Assembly (NCBI GenBank): GCA_963719515.1
Contig: CAVRCJ010000005.1
Location: 192,001-256,000, forward strand
Reading direction: 5' to 3'
DNA length: 64,000 nt
Source of the DNA: an uncultured cyanobacterium
GTDB taxonomy: Bacteria; Cyanobacteriota; Cyanobacteriia; CAKZMO01
The position numbers and the translations under genes were made by a program. Positions 20,404 through 30,645 of this stretch are shown here, one piece after another; within the stretch, counting starts at the first letter, position 1; each line of letters opens with the position of its first letter. The notes below the pieces were generated by a model, which did no database searches, was not told where the DNA came from, and saw only the letters and a program-made list of their open reading frames with translations.

Positions 20404-21102
20404 TTAGCCTTGGGCCTGGGTCTTGGTGCCGCGCGCAGGAAGACACAGCAGATTGTCCCCGTAGGTACTTACCAAGCCACGCTGACGGAGCTTGCCCATC
20501 AGGCGAGTTACCGTGACGCGCGTTGAGCCAATAGCGCTGCCGATTTGAGCATGGGTCAACGTCCAGGGAAGACAGTATCCGTCCTCACAGGGTTCACCAA
20601 ATTCTTCAATAAGCAGTGTTAGAAACCCCAAGAGGCGATCGATTGTGCGCCGCTGACCTAGCGTGCTCAGCCAAAGGAGCTTGCGCTGATGCTGATAGCG
20701 AAAGGCATCCAGTACTTCACGACGGAAGTGGGGCCAGTTGTCCAGATCGTGCCAGTACATCCAGATCACCGAAGTTTGATCGACATGGGCAAAGCTTTGG
20801 AGCGTGAAAGGAGATTGGGCAACGATCTCAAACGGCTGACCTGCACCTACAAATCCGAGAAAGGCTTCTTCTGCATTCATCTGGGCTAGCTGTGAGGTTT
20901 CTTCCTCACCGTCAGAGGGGTAGGCATCGCCCACAAGCCGAATGGCACCGCGCTGCACAAGGTACAGCAATCCGGGCCGAGAGGGCACTCGCTCGTCTTT
21001 GCTAAAGGTGCGACAGCGGTAGTGCTCCTGGGCCCAGTCAATAATGCGCTGCCAGGTAAGAAACGGTCGAGGTGAGTTAGAAACTGAGGATGCTGAATAC
21101 AT
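20404..21102 (-). CDS. devH: Crp/Fnr-family regulator, DevH-like
   Basis: RPFLTWQRIIDWAQEHYRCRTFSKDE and HTH LTHAQIGSAIGSTRVTVTRL. Confidence 0.82.
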   Translation of the reverse strand: MYSASSVSNSPRPFLTWQRIIDWAQEHYRCRTFSKDERVPSRPGLLYLVQRGAIRLVGDAYPSDGEEETSQLAQMNAEEAFLGFVGAGQPFEIVAQSPFTLQSFAHVDQTSVIWMYWHDLDNWPHFRREVLDAFRYQHQRKLLWLSTLGQRRTIDRLLGFLTLLIEEFGEPCEDGYCLPWTLTHAQIGSAIGSTRVTVTRLMGKLRQRGLVSTYGDNLLCLPARGTKTQAQG

Positions 21103-21626
21103 AGAAGGCAGGTTCCGGTATCGAAGAGGGTTGCAGTGGGTTCAAACAGCAATCTGACAGACGATTCGTAGAGCCGTTAAGCTGGCGGCGGTGATTTTCA
21201 ATGAGGCCAAATCGAGGGGCTAAGTCGGTATTATCCAATATGACCTTATGTACAGGAAGAACCCCCCAGAATCAGGACAACAACATACACTTTTGTGAAA
21301 ATACGGAGCGTAGCGGTCGCATACCGAGTTCAATGGCATCGTGTCCCTCTAAAGAGTAATCCCTAGATGGCTCCTGCCGTGCCGTTAATTTGTTACGCTC
21401 GCTAGGTCAGGACGTATCACACCACAACAATACAGATAATACCGACCACCTGACACAATCTAGGGTTCTTTTGAGCAAAGATATTTGTAGCCTACGTTGC
21501 TGCGGCAGAACAACGATGCGCTGCTTGCTTAACGCCTACTATCGCTGTCTTGCGTTCCCTATGATTCTATCCTATGGGCTCTGCGCGCTTTGAGAAAAAG
21601 TATGGGGTTAGAAGGTTGAGTCTACC

Positions 21627-22664
21627 GTGAAAGGTCAAAATGAACACAGGACTGAGTCAGGAGATACCGACAATTTTCAGGGTTTGATGCAGCAGTTGGT
21701 CAGCAAAAGGGACGCCAGACCATTTCAACACCTGTCGCTGGGAATAGCGCTAGAGCGCCGGCTGCTGGCGGCGGCAGCAAACCGTAGCGGCAGTGTCTCA
21801 TACGACACATTACATCTCGGTCATGGGCAAGCTTCTACATTCACTGGGCTCGACTTGAAACAAGGCTACCCCTTGAGCTATCGCTCGTCAGCTGCGATGA
21901 GACTAGCGCACTCCTTCAACCAGACGCCTCGGCAGTTAGCCCAGGCGATCGCGGCGATCGCCTCGGGCATCGGGTCCGGGCTGTACGGCGACGGGGCAGC
22001 GCCACATCTCTTCATCACGCCAGCTGGCAACTGGGTTGAGGTACAGGTGGCCGCGGCAGGGGTGGCACAGTGGCTACAGTATCTTCTGACTGCCCCTATT
22101 GACAGCCTGTCTACTGACCTCGAGAACGCCCCAGTGCTTGCCCCCCCCCGCGGGGAGCCTCCCGAACCCGCCCTGTGGCCGGCAAAGCTCGACTTCCGCG
22201 CCCTTCACGCTCACGCGCGCTGCTGCTCTATTTTGCAGCTTGCCCAAGAGATGGGAACCGCCCCAGCGCCGTCCGCCGTGCCCTGGCTAGCCGGAAACCT
22301 GCTCCGCGCCACCGGCTGCCCTCAACAGGCGCTGCTACAGCGTCTCATCCAGACTTTAGACTACGCCGCTCAGCACACAGCCCGAACGGATGGGCCTAGT
22401 CATATCGCTCTGCAGCGGATCTATGTCAAAGGGGCAAATCTAATAGGCCAAGCCTTCGAGGACTTTCACAGAGGGTGTCGCCCCCTGTCAACCCACTCAG
22501 TTTTTGGCAAGGCCCAGAGCAATAGCAGCGTGCGCCAAAGCGAGAAGAGCTTCCTTGAGCCAGCGCTCAACGCGCAGGTTGACCTAGGGTTAATTGGGGT
22601 GACCCAGCAAATCTTGGCGCTGTTCCTGAAGGCGCTAGGCCTAACGCCGCCGGTTGGACTGTAG
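21627..22664 (+). CDS. DALR anticodon-binding domain protein (ArgRS-like, no catalytic core)
   Basis: YRSSAAMRLA..P..LA (ArgRS N-domain-like) and HAHARCCSILQLA (DALR-like). No HIGH motif seen. Confidence 0.7.
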   Translation: MKGQNEHRTESGDTDNFQGLMQQLVSKRDARPFQHLSLGIALERRLLAAAANRSGSVSYDTLHLGHGQASTFTGLDLKQGYPLSYRSSAAMRLAHSFNQTPRQLAQAIAAIASGIGSGLYGDGAAPHLFITPAGNWVEVQVAAAGVAQWLQYLLTAPIDSLSTDLENAPVLAPPRGEPPEPALWPAKLDFRALHAHARCCSILQLAQEMGTAPAPSAVPWLAGNLLRATGCPQQALLQRLIQTLDYAAQHTARTDGPSHIALQRIYVKGANLIGQAFEDFHRGCRPLSTHSVFGKAQSNSSVRQSEKSFLEPALNAQVDLGLIGVTQQILALFLKALGLTPPVGL

Positions 22665-22700
22665 CCGTCAATTGCGCTCTGGCCAGACGTCACACCAACC

Positions 22701-22718
22701 ATTACAAAACATTACATA
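22701..22718 (+). promoter_or_regulatory. HLR1 (RpaB-binding) direct repeat
   Basis: ATTACAAA-AC-ATTACATA matches (G/T)TTACA(T/A)(T/A)-N2 repeat except the first base of each half. Followed by TACCCT (22721-22726) as a possible -10. Confidence 0.65.
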
Positions 22719-22732
22719 AGTACCCTGCCAAG

Positions 22733-22860
22733 AACAGTTCGGCAAGCCTGCGCTCAAACAGGCCTAAGCTAAAGCTACAGCAGAAGACAAAACCGTCGGG
22801 CAACGAAACCATCAGAAATAGTTATCGGGAAACGCACTGACAACGGCTGAGCACCGTGCT
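22733..22860 (+). ncRNA. Candidate PsrR1 (SyR1)-like sRNA
   Basis: Core GAAACCATCAGAAATAGTTATCGGGAAAC resembles the PsrR1 core as I recall it. An HLR1 overlaps the predicted promoter. Boundaries estimated. Confidence 0.5.
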
Positions 22861-22872
22861 ATTCTTGCTATT

Positions 22873-22933
22873 GTGTGAGGAGCGAACCAGCAAGGGTACC
22901 GAGACGAAACACGGACAGTCGTCGGTACCCTTT
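22873..22933 (+). ncRNA. yfr2: Yfr2-family sRNA
   Basis: 5' GTGTGAGGAG motif, then stem AAGGGTACCGA...TCGGTACCCTT with GAAACACGG in the loop. -10-like TATTCT at 22860-22865. Confidence 0.82.
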
Positions 22934-23198
22934 CTGCATTTAAACCCAAGCGCTTCGCACCCGACGCTTCGTACGTCTGAGCGCTTCAGTCACCTCAAAA
23001 GCTTTCACCTCAACCCTTGTTCTGTTCTAGCGCTCTTTGCGCTGCGGGCTTCTGTAGTCTTAGGCAAGGCGACCTAGCCGATCGCGTGCTGCAGACGGAA
23101 CGTCTGCGGAATATAGTCTTTTCAAGCGACCAGCCTAAGCTACCTTAGTGTTACTGCTGATCGCTAACACGCGTTACTGGTTGCCAACAAGGACGACT

Positions 23199-26111
23199 AT
23201 GGATACCGCCTCTTCTGCCTCTGCGCCCCTGCTCATCCTTGTAGACGGGCACTCTCTCGCTTTTCGCTCCTACTTTGCCCACAGCCGGGGGGCCGACGGG
23301 GGGCTGCGAACCTCTACCGGCATCCCCACCAGCGTGTCCTACGGATTTTTGCGGGCCCTGTTTGACATGCTGCAGGCAGAGACGCCTAGCCACGTGGCGG
23401 TGGCTTTCGATCTAGGAGGCCCGACCTTCCGCCACGAGGCAGATGACACCTATAAGGCAGGTCGCCCCGATGCCCCGGAAGATTTCTTGCCTGACCTGGA
23501 GAACCTGCAGGCGGTGCTCGCCGAGCTCAATATTTCCATGCTAGCGCTGGCGGGCTACGAGGCCGATGACATTATCGGGACTCTAGTGCGGTTAGGCAGA
23601 CAGGAAGGCTATCACATCAAGATTCTCAGCGGCGATCGCGATCTGTTTCAGCTCGTAGATGATGATAAGGGGGTCAGCGTTCTCTATTTAAGTAGCACCT
23701 TTGGTCCCAGAGCCTCAGCAGGGGCAATGGAAATTGGAGAGACCCAGGTGAGGGAAAAGCTGGGGGTGACGGCGGCTCAGGTGGTCGATTACAAAGCCCT
23801 GTGCGGTGACCCTTCTGACAATATTCCTGGCGTTAAAGGAATAGGGGCTAAGACCGCCGTCAAGCTGCTCGACGAGTTTGGCAGCCTAGAAAATATCTAC
23901 GCGTCGCTGGAGAAGATCAAAGGGGCTACCCGCAAAAAGCTGGAGGCGGGTCAGGAGGCCGCGCGCCATTCCCAGTATTTGGCTCAGATTCACCTCAATG
24001 TTCCCCTTGAAGCTGAGGTCAGCCACTGCAAGCTGGAAGGCTTCAAGACCGATCGTCTAGCGCCACTGCTCGAAAAGCTAGAGCTGCGCCAGTTTCTTAA
24101 GGCGCTGCCGCGTCTACAGCAAATTTTTACGGGGCAGGCTGTGGGCAAAAGTGAGCCCCCTCCGGTCGGGGAAGCCCTGCTCGCTAGACCCGATGACGAC
24201 GATACCTGGTTTTTTAGCGCCTCAGACACCGAGGCGAGCGAAGCGGTAACGGAAGCGGCGATCGCCCCCCAGATCATCGATACCCCCGAGAAGCTCACCG
24301 CCCTGATTGCTACTCTCAAAACCCACACCGACCCGGCCCAGCCCGTCTCCTGGGACACGGAGACTACGGCTCTAGAGCCCCGCGACGCTGAATTGGTGGG
24401 GCTGGGCTGCTGCTGGGGCGCTGAACCAGACGCTTTAGCCTACATTCCTCTAAAGCACCAGCAGGGGCGCTGCTTGCCGGTGGCCGAGGTGCTAGACGCC
24501 CTGCGGCCCGTGCTAGAGAGCGCTGACTACCCCAAGGCGCTGCAGAATGCAAAATTCGATCGCCTGGTGCTGAGGGTTCAGGGGGTAGCGCTGGCGGGGG
24601 TTGTGTTTGACAGCATGCTGGCAAGCTACGTGCTTAACCCTGAGGGCAGCCACAACCTGACAGACCTCGCTTTGCGCTATCTCAACGTCGGCATTCAAAG
24701 CTATAGCGACATCGTTTCTAAAGGGCAGACCATCGACCAGCTGAGCATCAAAGCAGTGGCCCAGTACTGCGGCGAAGATGTCCACACAACGTTTTTGCTG
24801 GTGGAGCCACTGCGACAGGAGCTGGCAGAAATTCCTGAGCTTGAGCGGCTTTTCGAAACGGTTGAGCTGCCCCTAGAGCCAGTGCTTGCCGAAATGGAGT
24901 ACTGCGGCATTCGTATCGATACTGACTACCTCAACGGACTCTCTGTCACTCTAGAAAAAGATCTCAGGGCTTTAGAGCAGCAGGCCTATCAAGATGCAGG
25001 CACCGAGTTTAATCTGGGTTCTCCAAAGCAGCTAAGCGAGCTGCTGTTCGATACTCTGAATCTCGACCGACGTAAATCCCGAAAAACCAAAACAGGTTAT
25101 TCTACCGATGCTGCGACCTTGGAAAAGCTGCGGGGCGACCACCCGGTTATTGATGCGGTGGTGGAATACCGCACCCTTTCCAAGCTCAAATCTACCTACG
25201 CTGATGCCCTGCCGGACCTTGTTCGGGCCGATACGGGGCGCATTCATACTGACTTCAACCAGGCCATCACGGCCACGGGGCGGCTATCATCCTCTAGCCC
25301 CAACCTGCAGAATATTCCCATCCGCACCGAGTTTAGCCGCAAGATTCGGGCGGCTTTCGTTCCTCAACCTGGATGGCAGCTGGTTGCTGCCGACTATTCC
25401 CAAATTGAGCTGCGCATTCTGGCCCACCTCAGCCAAGAGCCGGTGCTTATCGACGCGTATCAAACCGGTGAAGATGTCCACGGCTTGACCGCACGGCTGC
25501 TGCTTGACCGCGACGAGGTGAGCGCCGACGAGCGCCGACTTGGAAAGATCATTAACTTTGGGGTTATCTACGGCATGGGAGCAGTACGCTTTGCTCGTGA
25601 GGCAGGGGTAGGCCGCGATGAAGCGCGCCTATTCATTCAGCGATTTAACGATCGCTACCCTAAGGTATTCGCCTACCTACAGCGTATGCAGCAAGAGGCC
25701 ATAACCCAAGGCTATGTCACAACCTTGTGGGGCCGCCGTCGCTACTTCACCTTCACGAGCAGCAAGCTCAAGCAGCTCCGAGGCGCTGACCCGAGCACAG
25801 TAGATCTCAGTAAGCTCAAGTCTCCAGGCGTTTACGACGCCGGGCAGCTGAGAGCAGCGGCCAATGCCCCCATACAGGGCTCCAGCGCTGACATTATTAA
25901 AGTCGCTATGGTCCAGCTCCATCAGCTACTCAAAGGCTACCAAACCCAGCTGCTGCTGCAGGTTCACGATGAACTCGTATTCGAGGTGCCGCCGGACGAA
26001 TACGACGTACTTAAACCCAAAATTCAAACCATCATGGAGTCTGCGATCGCCCTTGCAGTGCCCCTAGCCGTCGAGATGAATACTGGGTCCAATTGGATGC
26101 TGGCAAAATAG
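23199..26111 (+). CDS. polA: DNA polymerase I
   Basis: 5'-3' exonuclease (LVDGHSLAFR, EADD), DTETT, DYSQIELR, QVHDELVFE. Confidence 0.98.
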   Translation: MDTASSASAPLLILVDGHSLAFRSYFAHSRGADGGLRTSTGIPTSVSYGFLRALFDMLQAETPSHVAVAFDLGGPTFRHEADDTYKAGRPDAPEDFLPDLENLQAVLAELNISMLALAGYEADDIIGTLVRLGRQEGYHIKILSGDRDLFQLVDDDKGVSVLYLSSTFGPRASAGAMEIGETQVREKLGVTAAQVVDYKALCGDPSDNIPGVKGIGAKTAVKLLDEFGSLENIYASLEKIKGATRKKLEAGQEAARHSQYLAQIHLNVPLEAEVSHCKLEGFKTDRLAPLLEKLELRQFLKALPRLQQIFTGQAVGKSEPPPVGEALLARPDDDDTWFFSASDTEASEAVTEAAIAPQIIDTPEKLTALIATLKTHTDPAQPVSWDTETTALEPRDAELVGLGCCWGAEPDALAYIPLKHQQGRCLPVAEVLDALRPVLESADYPKALQNAKFDRLVLRVQGVALAGVVFDSMLASYVLNPEGSHNLTDLALRYLNVGIQSYSDIVSKGQTIDQLSIKAVAQYCGEDVHTTFLLVEPLRQELAEIPELERLFETVELPLEPVLAEMEYCGIRIDTDYLNGLSVTLEKDLRALEQQAYQDAGTEFNLGSPKQLSELLFDTLNLDRRKSRKTKTGYSTDAATLEKLRGDHPVIDAVVEYRTLSKLKSTYADALPDLVRADTGRIHTDFNQAITATGRLSSSSPNLQNIPIRTEFSRKIRAAFVPQPGWQLVAADYSQIELRILAHLSQEPVLIDAYQTGEDVHGLTARLLLDRDEVSADERRLGKIINFGVIYGMGAVRFAREAGVGRDEARLFIQRFNDRYPKVFAYLQRMQQEAITQGYVTTLWGRRRYFTFTSSKLKQLRGADPSTVDLSKLKSPGVYDAGQLRAAANAPIQGSSADIIKVAMVQLHQLLKGYQTQLLLQVHDELVFEVPPDEYDVLKPKIQTIMESAIALAVPLAVEMNTGSNWMLAK

Positions 26112-26517
26112 CCTAAAGCTAATAGCAATACTGCGCAATACTGCGTAGATTTTGAAGTTTTATGATACCGTATTCGGAGCAGGGACATTTTCTGGGCAGT
26201 TACATAGCGGTAGGTTGTCAACCTACACAGCGGTAGATTAATAGACAACAGTTTCAGCTAAAACTACCGCAATAGACCGTTTTAAGTAGGTCGGTGCAAT
26301 TTAGCTCGCGTAAATCAAGTTTTGTAAAGATGGCTCCAAACTCTGTCGTATCGCCAATTTGAGCAAAGTTAATATTTCGTAACCTAGCTGCATCTTCCTA
26401 TGCCTACCTCTTAGACTTTACATTTTAGATAGAAAACTGCTTCAAGATAATCCTTGTTTGAAGCAAAATTCCAAAAGCATCTTAGCGGTGAGGCCACATC
26501 GGAATTAATCGGCTGAT

Positions 26518-28803
26518 GTGGAGCGTCTACCGCTCGTCACGTTCGCGTCAGGGTTGAAATTTGTGCGTCTACTTACTCACTCCACTCAGGATCATTCGTG
26601 TAAGTCTGTTGGCTTCTGTCGAGTTAGCCAGGCGGGTCAGCTTTTAGAAGCTAGCCCGCAGTTTTGTCGGCTCTTAGGCTACTCGCAATCAGAGCTGCTG
26701 CAGCTCCCCTATTTGGAGCTTTTCTTTCCCTCTGCAGCCGATATCTTGCTCTCAGTAGATAGCAATTCTCCCCATTTGCAAGATATTTTCTTGATCGCCA
26801 AAGGTGGAAAAGTGATCCAGACCTGCGCCACTTGCCTCCTTGAAAGAGCCACCCCAAATGCTGAACCTCATCACCTATTCCTAATCGAAGACGTCGCTGC
26901 TCGGTGCCTTGAGCGTAATCGGGATAAGGACTACAGTCAGATAAACCTGAGTCAGGCCATCTACGCCGTTCACAGCGGTTCTAGCATTGAAGAAATCCTC
27001 CAGGCTACAGAGGACTGGTGTCGAGCGTTGCTGTCCAGCTTTATTGGAATCAGAACCGATGGGTTTCGGCAGGGCGGACAGTGGAGAGTCTTCTCCGGTT
27101 CGAAGCGGGCGATCGTAGAGCATATAGCAGAGCTAGACTCGGTTCACGTTGCGACCTATCTGCATCAGGGCAAGTGCGTCAAACTGCAGACCAGTCCGCT
27201 GTCTGCGCCGCTGATGTCTGAGTGTCTCTATTGGGGCGCGGAAGCAGCGAGGGGAAAAGAGGACGTCGTACTGCTGCCCTCTCAAACTTGCCCAGGGGAT
27301 AGAGTCTGTTTGAGCCCCGACATTCTCTTTATTCCCATTCATGCCCAAGGAGTACTCTGGGGGGCCATCGCGCTCTCCCTCTCGGCGGCGGACCAGTTTT
27401 TTCCTTTTAACGCCGCTCCGATGCCAGAGGTTGAGCGAGCTATTGACCTTGCAGGTCACGCTGCGCTTGCCATCACGAAGATAGCGGGCTGCGAGAATAT
27501 GCAGCAGCGTAACCGCGAGCTAACGCAGTGGGTTCGCGCTCAAACCCAGCATCTACAGCAGGCACTCAATTTTGAGGCTGCCATAAAGCGAATTACCGAG
27601 AAAATCCGGGACAGCTTAGACGAGCACTACATCTTCGAGACCGTCATTCGCGAACTCTGTGAAACTCTGGTGCTCGATCGCTGTACCGTGAGTTTCTACA
27701 ACCTTGAACAGCAAACGGTCGAAATTCGCTATGAGCATGTCACCACCGACGACTGCTATGACCTAGAGGGACACATCAGTCCGATGGCAGCAAATGCCGC
27801 AGTCTACGCCGTTCTTCGTGAGGGGAACTGCATTCAGTTTTCGCCTCGAACCGCATGTGGCGATCGCCTCTCGGCTGCTCAAAACACAACCCTTGCTTAC
27901 CCCCTCACAGACGGACAGCAGGTCATTGGTGATCTCTGGCTCTCTCGTCCCAAATACTCAGCTTTCAACGAACAAGAACAGCGATTGATTCAGCAGGTGA
28001 CCAGTCAATGTGCTATTGGTCTGCGGCAAGCCCGACTTTATCAGACGTCGCAAGCGCAGGTCGAATCTCTGGAGATCCTAGGGACCCTAAAAGATGACTT
28101 TTTGAGCACGGTGTCCCACGAGCTGAGAACGCCGATCACCAACATCAAGATGACGGTCAAGATGTTGGAGCTGTCCCTCGGTCTGCATCCTGTCAACCAG
28201 GCGCGGATTGACCAGTATCTCAGAATCCTCCGCACCGAAACCCAGCGAGAACTCACCTTAATCAATGACCTACTCGATCTTCAGCGTCTAGATTCGGGGG
28301 GACAAGTCCTGGAGTCAAGCCCAATAGAGCTGGCCCCCTGGGTTTCTCAAATTGTCGATAGCTTTAGAGAGCGAGCAAAGGACAACCAGCAGCAGCTTCA
28401 TCTCACAGTAGTCACAGAAACGCCGTTTGTAGTCTCCGACGAAGACTGCCTCAAGCGAATTATTGCCGAGCTACTCAACAATGCTTGTAAATATACGCCA
28501 CCTCAAGAGTCTATTAGTGTTGATGTTCACCTATGCTCCAAAGGTCTTCAGCTCAGCGTGAGCAACTCAGGGGTTGTGATTCCAACCATTGAGCACAAAC
28601 ACGTGTTTGAAAAGTTCTATCGCATTCGGAGTAGCGACTCGCGCAAAAAAGGGGGAACGGGTTTGGGCCTTGCCCTAATTAAGCAGCTCGCCCAGCATCT
28701 CAGCGGCGACATCTCCCTCGTCAGCAGCGACAACCTAACGAGCTTCACCCTCAAGCTTCCAGTGCTGCCGCAACCTGCCGCATCAGCCACTGATTCAGAA
28801 TAG
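26518..28803 (+). CDS. PAS/GAF sensor histidine kinase (orphan)
   Basis: PAS-like N-terminus (FCRLLGYS), GAF (IRDSLD...), H-box VSHELRTP, ELLNNACKY, GTGLGL. Start uncertain. Confidence 0.9.
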   Translation: MERLPLVTFASGLKFVRLLTHSTQDHSCKSVGFCRVSQAGQLLEASPQFCRLLGYSQSELLQLPYLELFFPSAADILLSVDSNSPHLQDIFLIAKGGKVIQTCATCLLERATPNAEPHHLFLIEDVAARCLERNRDKDYSQINLSQAIYAVHSGSSIEEILQATEDWCRALLSSFIGIRTDGFRQGGQWRVFSGSKRAIVEHIAELDSVHVATYLHQGKCVKLQTSPLSAPLMSECLYWGAEAARGKEDVVLLPSQTCPGDRVCLSPDILFIPIHAQGVLWGAIALSLSAADQFFPFNAAPMPEVERAIDLAGHAALAITKIAGCENMQQRNRELTQWVRAQTQHLQQALNFEAAIKRITEKIRDSLDEHYIFETVIRELCETLVLDRCTVSFYNLEQQTVEIRYEHVTTDDCYDLEGHISPMAANAAVYAVLREGNCIQFSPRTACGDRLSAAQNTTLAYPLTDGQQVIGDLWLSRPKYSAFNEQEQRLIQQVTSQCAIGLRQARLYQTSQAQVESLEILGTLKDDFLSTVSHELRTPITNIKMTVKMLELSLGLHPVNQARIDQYLRILRTETQRELTLINDLLDLQRLDSGGQVLESSPIELAPWVSQIVDSFRERAKDNQQQLHLTVVTETPFVVSDEDCLKRIIAELLNNACKYTPPQESISVDVHLCSKGLQLSVSNSGVVIPTIEHKHVFEKFYRIRSSDSRKKGGTGLGLALIKQLAQHLSGDISLVSSDNLTSFTLKLPVLPQPAASATDSE

Positions 28804-29725
28804 CGTTGACCTGCTCGGGAATCTCGTCCTGCGGACAGTGACCTGCGTTAGGTAAGGCAATAAATTTCTCAACGCAAGAGAATTTTGCCAGCGTGCGGCC
28901 TAGCTCGACTGGCTCCCAAGGATCCTCTACGCCCCACAAAATCAGCACAGAAATATCGCTGTGCTCTAAAGTTCCCAGCAGGTCTTCCGGTAAGGGACCA
29001 GAAGAGTAGCGGGTAAAGGCTAAAAAGACGTCAGCTGCTCCTACATCTCCAGCAGGCCTCAGCAACATCTCGACAAGGTCGTCCGTAACCCTATCTGGGG
29101 AAGCATAGGCCTGGGCCAAAACGCTCTTGACGGTACCGCGCCGCGCCAGCAGCCGAAAGAACCCGTGGCCCAGCCAGCGAATACCTAACGCCCTCTGGAG
29201 CAAGGGCGCACCAACTTGGCGATGCCACGGCAGGGTAGCTCGGCGCTTATCGTGCAGCAGGCGCATCGAGCAATTGAGCATCGCGACATCGCGCACCTGG
29301 TCAGGCGCATCGACGGCGGTTTGCAAGGCAACGATACAGCCGATAGAGTTGCCTACCAGAAACGCAGGCTCCCCCACAATTTCCCGGCAAAAGTCAGCGA
29401 CCTGCTGTCCCCAGGTCTCAAAGGTGTATGAGAGCTTATCGCTTGGTTCTGGCTTAGCCGACCCCCCAAACCCAAGCAGATCTAGCGCATATACCCGGCT
29501 GTTCTCTGCCAAAGCGGGTATGTTGTGCCGCCAGTGGCCCCACGATGCCCCAAACCCGTGAATAAGCACCACGGCGGGACGGTTAGAATCCGGGACTGCC
29601 CCAGGGGAGCCGCTGCCCATAGCCTGGTAAACAATCGGAAACCCTCGCCAGATCCAGCGCTGAGGGTCAGGCAACGGCGTGAAGGGCAGTTCTGATTGAG
29701 AAGATGTTGGAAGGGGAGAAGACAT
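28751..29725 (-). CDS. Alpha/beta-fold hydrolase
   Basis: HGFGAS, GNSIG nucleophile elbow, GHCPQDE. Confidence 0.92.
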   Translation of the reverse strand: MSSPLPTSSQSELPFTPLPDPQRWIWRGFPIVYQAMGSGSPGAVPDSNRPAVVLIHGFGASWGHWRHNIPALAENSRVYALDLLGFGGSAKPEPSDKLSYTFETWGQQVADFCREIVGEPAFLVGNSIGCIVALQTAVDAPDQVRDVAMLNCSMRLLHDKRRATLPWHRQVGAPLLQRALGIRWLGHGFFRLLARRGTVKSVLAQAYASPDRVTDDLVEMLLRPAGDVGAADVFLAFTRYSSGPLPEDLLGTLEHSDISVLILWGVEDPWEPVELGRTLAKFSCVEKFIALPNAGHCPQDEIPEQVNAILNQWLMRQVAAALEA

Positions 29726-29826
29726 TATTTAAGGGCAGTATTGCGCAGCGTTCCCTCTTAGAGAGTTACACCAATGGTCAGAATTCGCAACGGCTTTCGC
29801 CTGAGGAGAAATTTCCAGTGAGAGGG

Positions 29827-30612
29827 CTAAACCAAAGACAGCTGGATGCCTTGCTGCGAGCACAGTAAGTCCTCGACATGGCCTCGACGATACATCGGGG
29901 TCTTGTGGGTCGAGCGCCCTGACAGTCGGTGGGGAATATCCGCTCTTGCCAATAGATCAAAGCCGTCCTCACAGCTGCACTTGAGACACTGGGCCGCCAC
30001 TTTGAGGGGAATCCACTCCTGACGAAACCGCGTCAGCAGAGTTTTATCCTTTTTAGTCTTAATGTCTGTCAGCAGATGGGCCAGCAGCAGCCAGCAGGCT
30101 TGAGCATCCGCCGCCGCTCGATGAGACACCCCCACATCAAACTTGAAGTGCTTCACGAGCTTCGGCAGCCGGCGTGAGGGGAGATCCGCCAGCATGAGCC
30201 GCGCCAGCTGCACGGTGCAAAGCTGCTGGTGAGCGAGTCTGTGAAACGGCTGACCCTGGCGCGCAAATTCAGCCCGTAGGAAGCCGTAATCGAAAGCAAC
30301 ATTGTGCCCTGTGAGGATGCCCGTCTCTAGGCGATCGCGGTAGCGCGGCAGGATTTCGCTAGCGCTAGGTTCGTTGGCCACCATCTCGGGCGTGATACCG
30401 GTGAGGCGAACTATCTTGTCGGGAATCTCTACCCCCGGATCGATCAGGTGGGTCATCTGGGTCTCGATTCCAGAACTGAGTGAGGCCTGGAGCACAGAGA
30501 TCTCAGTAATGCGATCGCTTTTAGCGTCTCCCCCCGTGGTTTCAAGATCGACAACGGTAAAGCGGCTATCGGCCAGACGGCGATAGTGGTGAAGCAAATC
30601 GACAGAGAGCAT
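29827..30612 (-). CDS. DEDDh 3'-5' exonuclease (DnaQ-like)
   Basis: VVDLETTG, GHNVAFD, HRAAADA. Confidence 0.92.
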   Translation of the reverse strand: MLSVDLLHHYRRLADSRFTVVDLETTGGDAKSDRITEISVLQASLSSGIETQMTHLIDPGVEIPDKIVRLTGITPEMVANEPSASEILPRYRDRLETGILTGHNVAFDYGFLRAEFARQGQPFHRLAHQQLCTVQLARLMLADLPSRRLPKLVKHFKFDVGVSHRAAADAQACWLLLAHLLTDIKTKKDKTLLTRFRQEWIPLKVAAQCLKCSCEDGFDLLARADIPHRLSGRSTHKTPMYRRGHVEDLLCSQQGIQLSLV

Positions 30613-30645
30613 GGTCAAACCGAAACTATATTTGGGAAGCTCGCG

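Noticed and set aside
22780..22850. c-di-GMP-I or glutamine riboswitch upstream of polA
   Set aside because: GAAA-containing motifs do not fit either consensus. An sRNA interpretation fits better.
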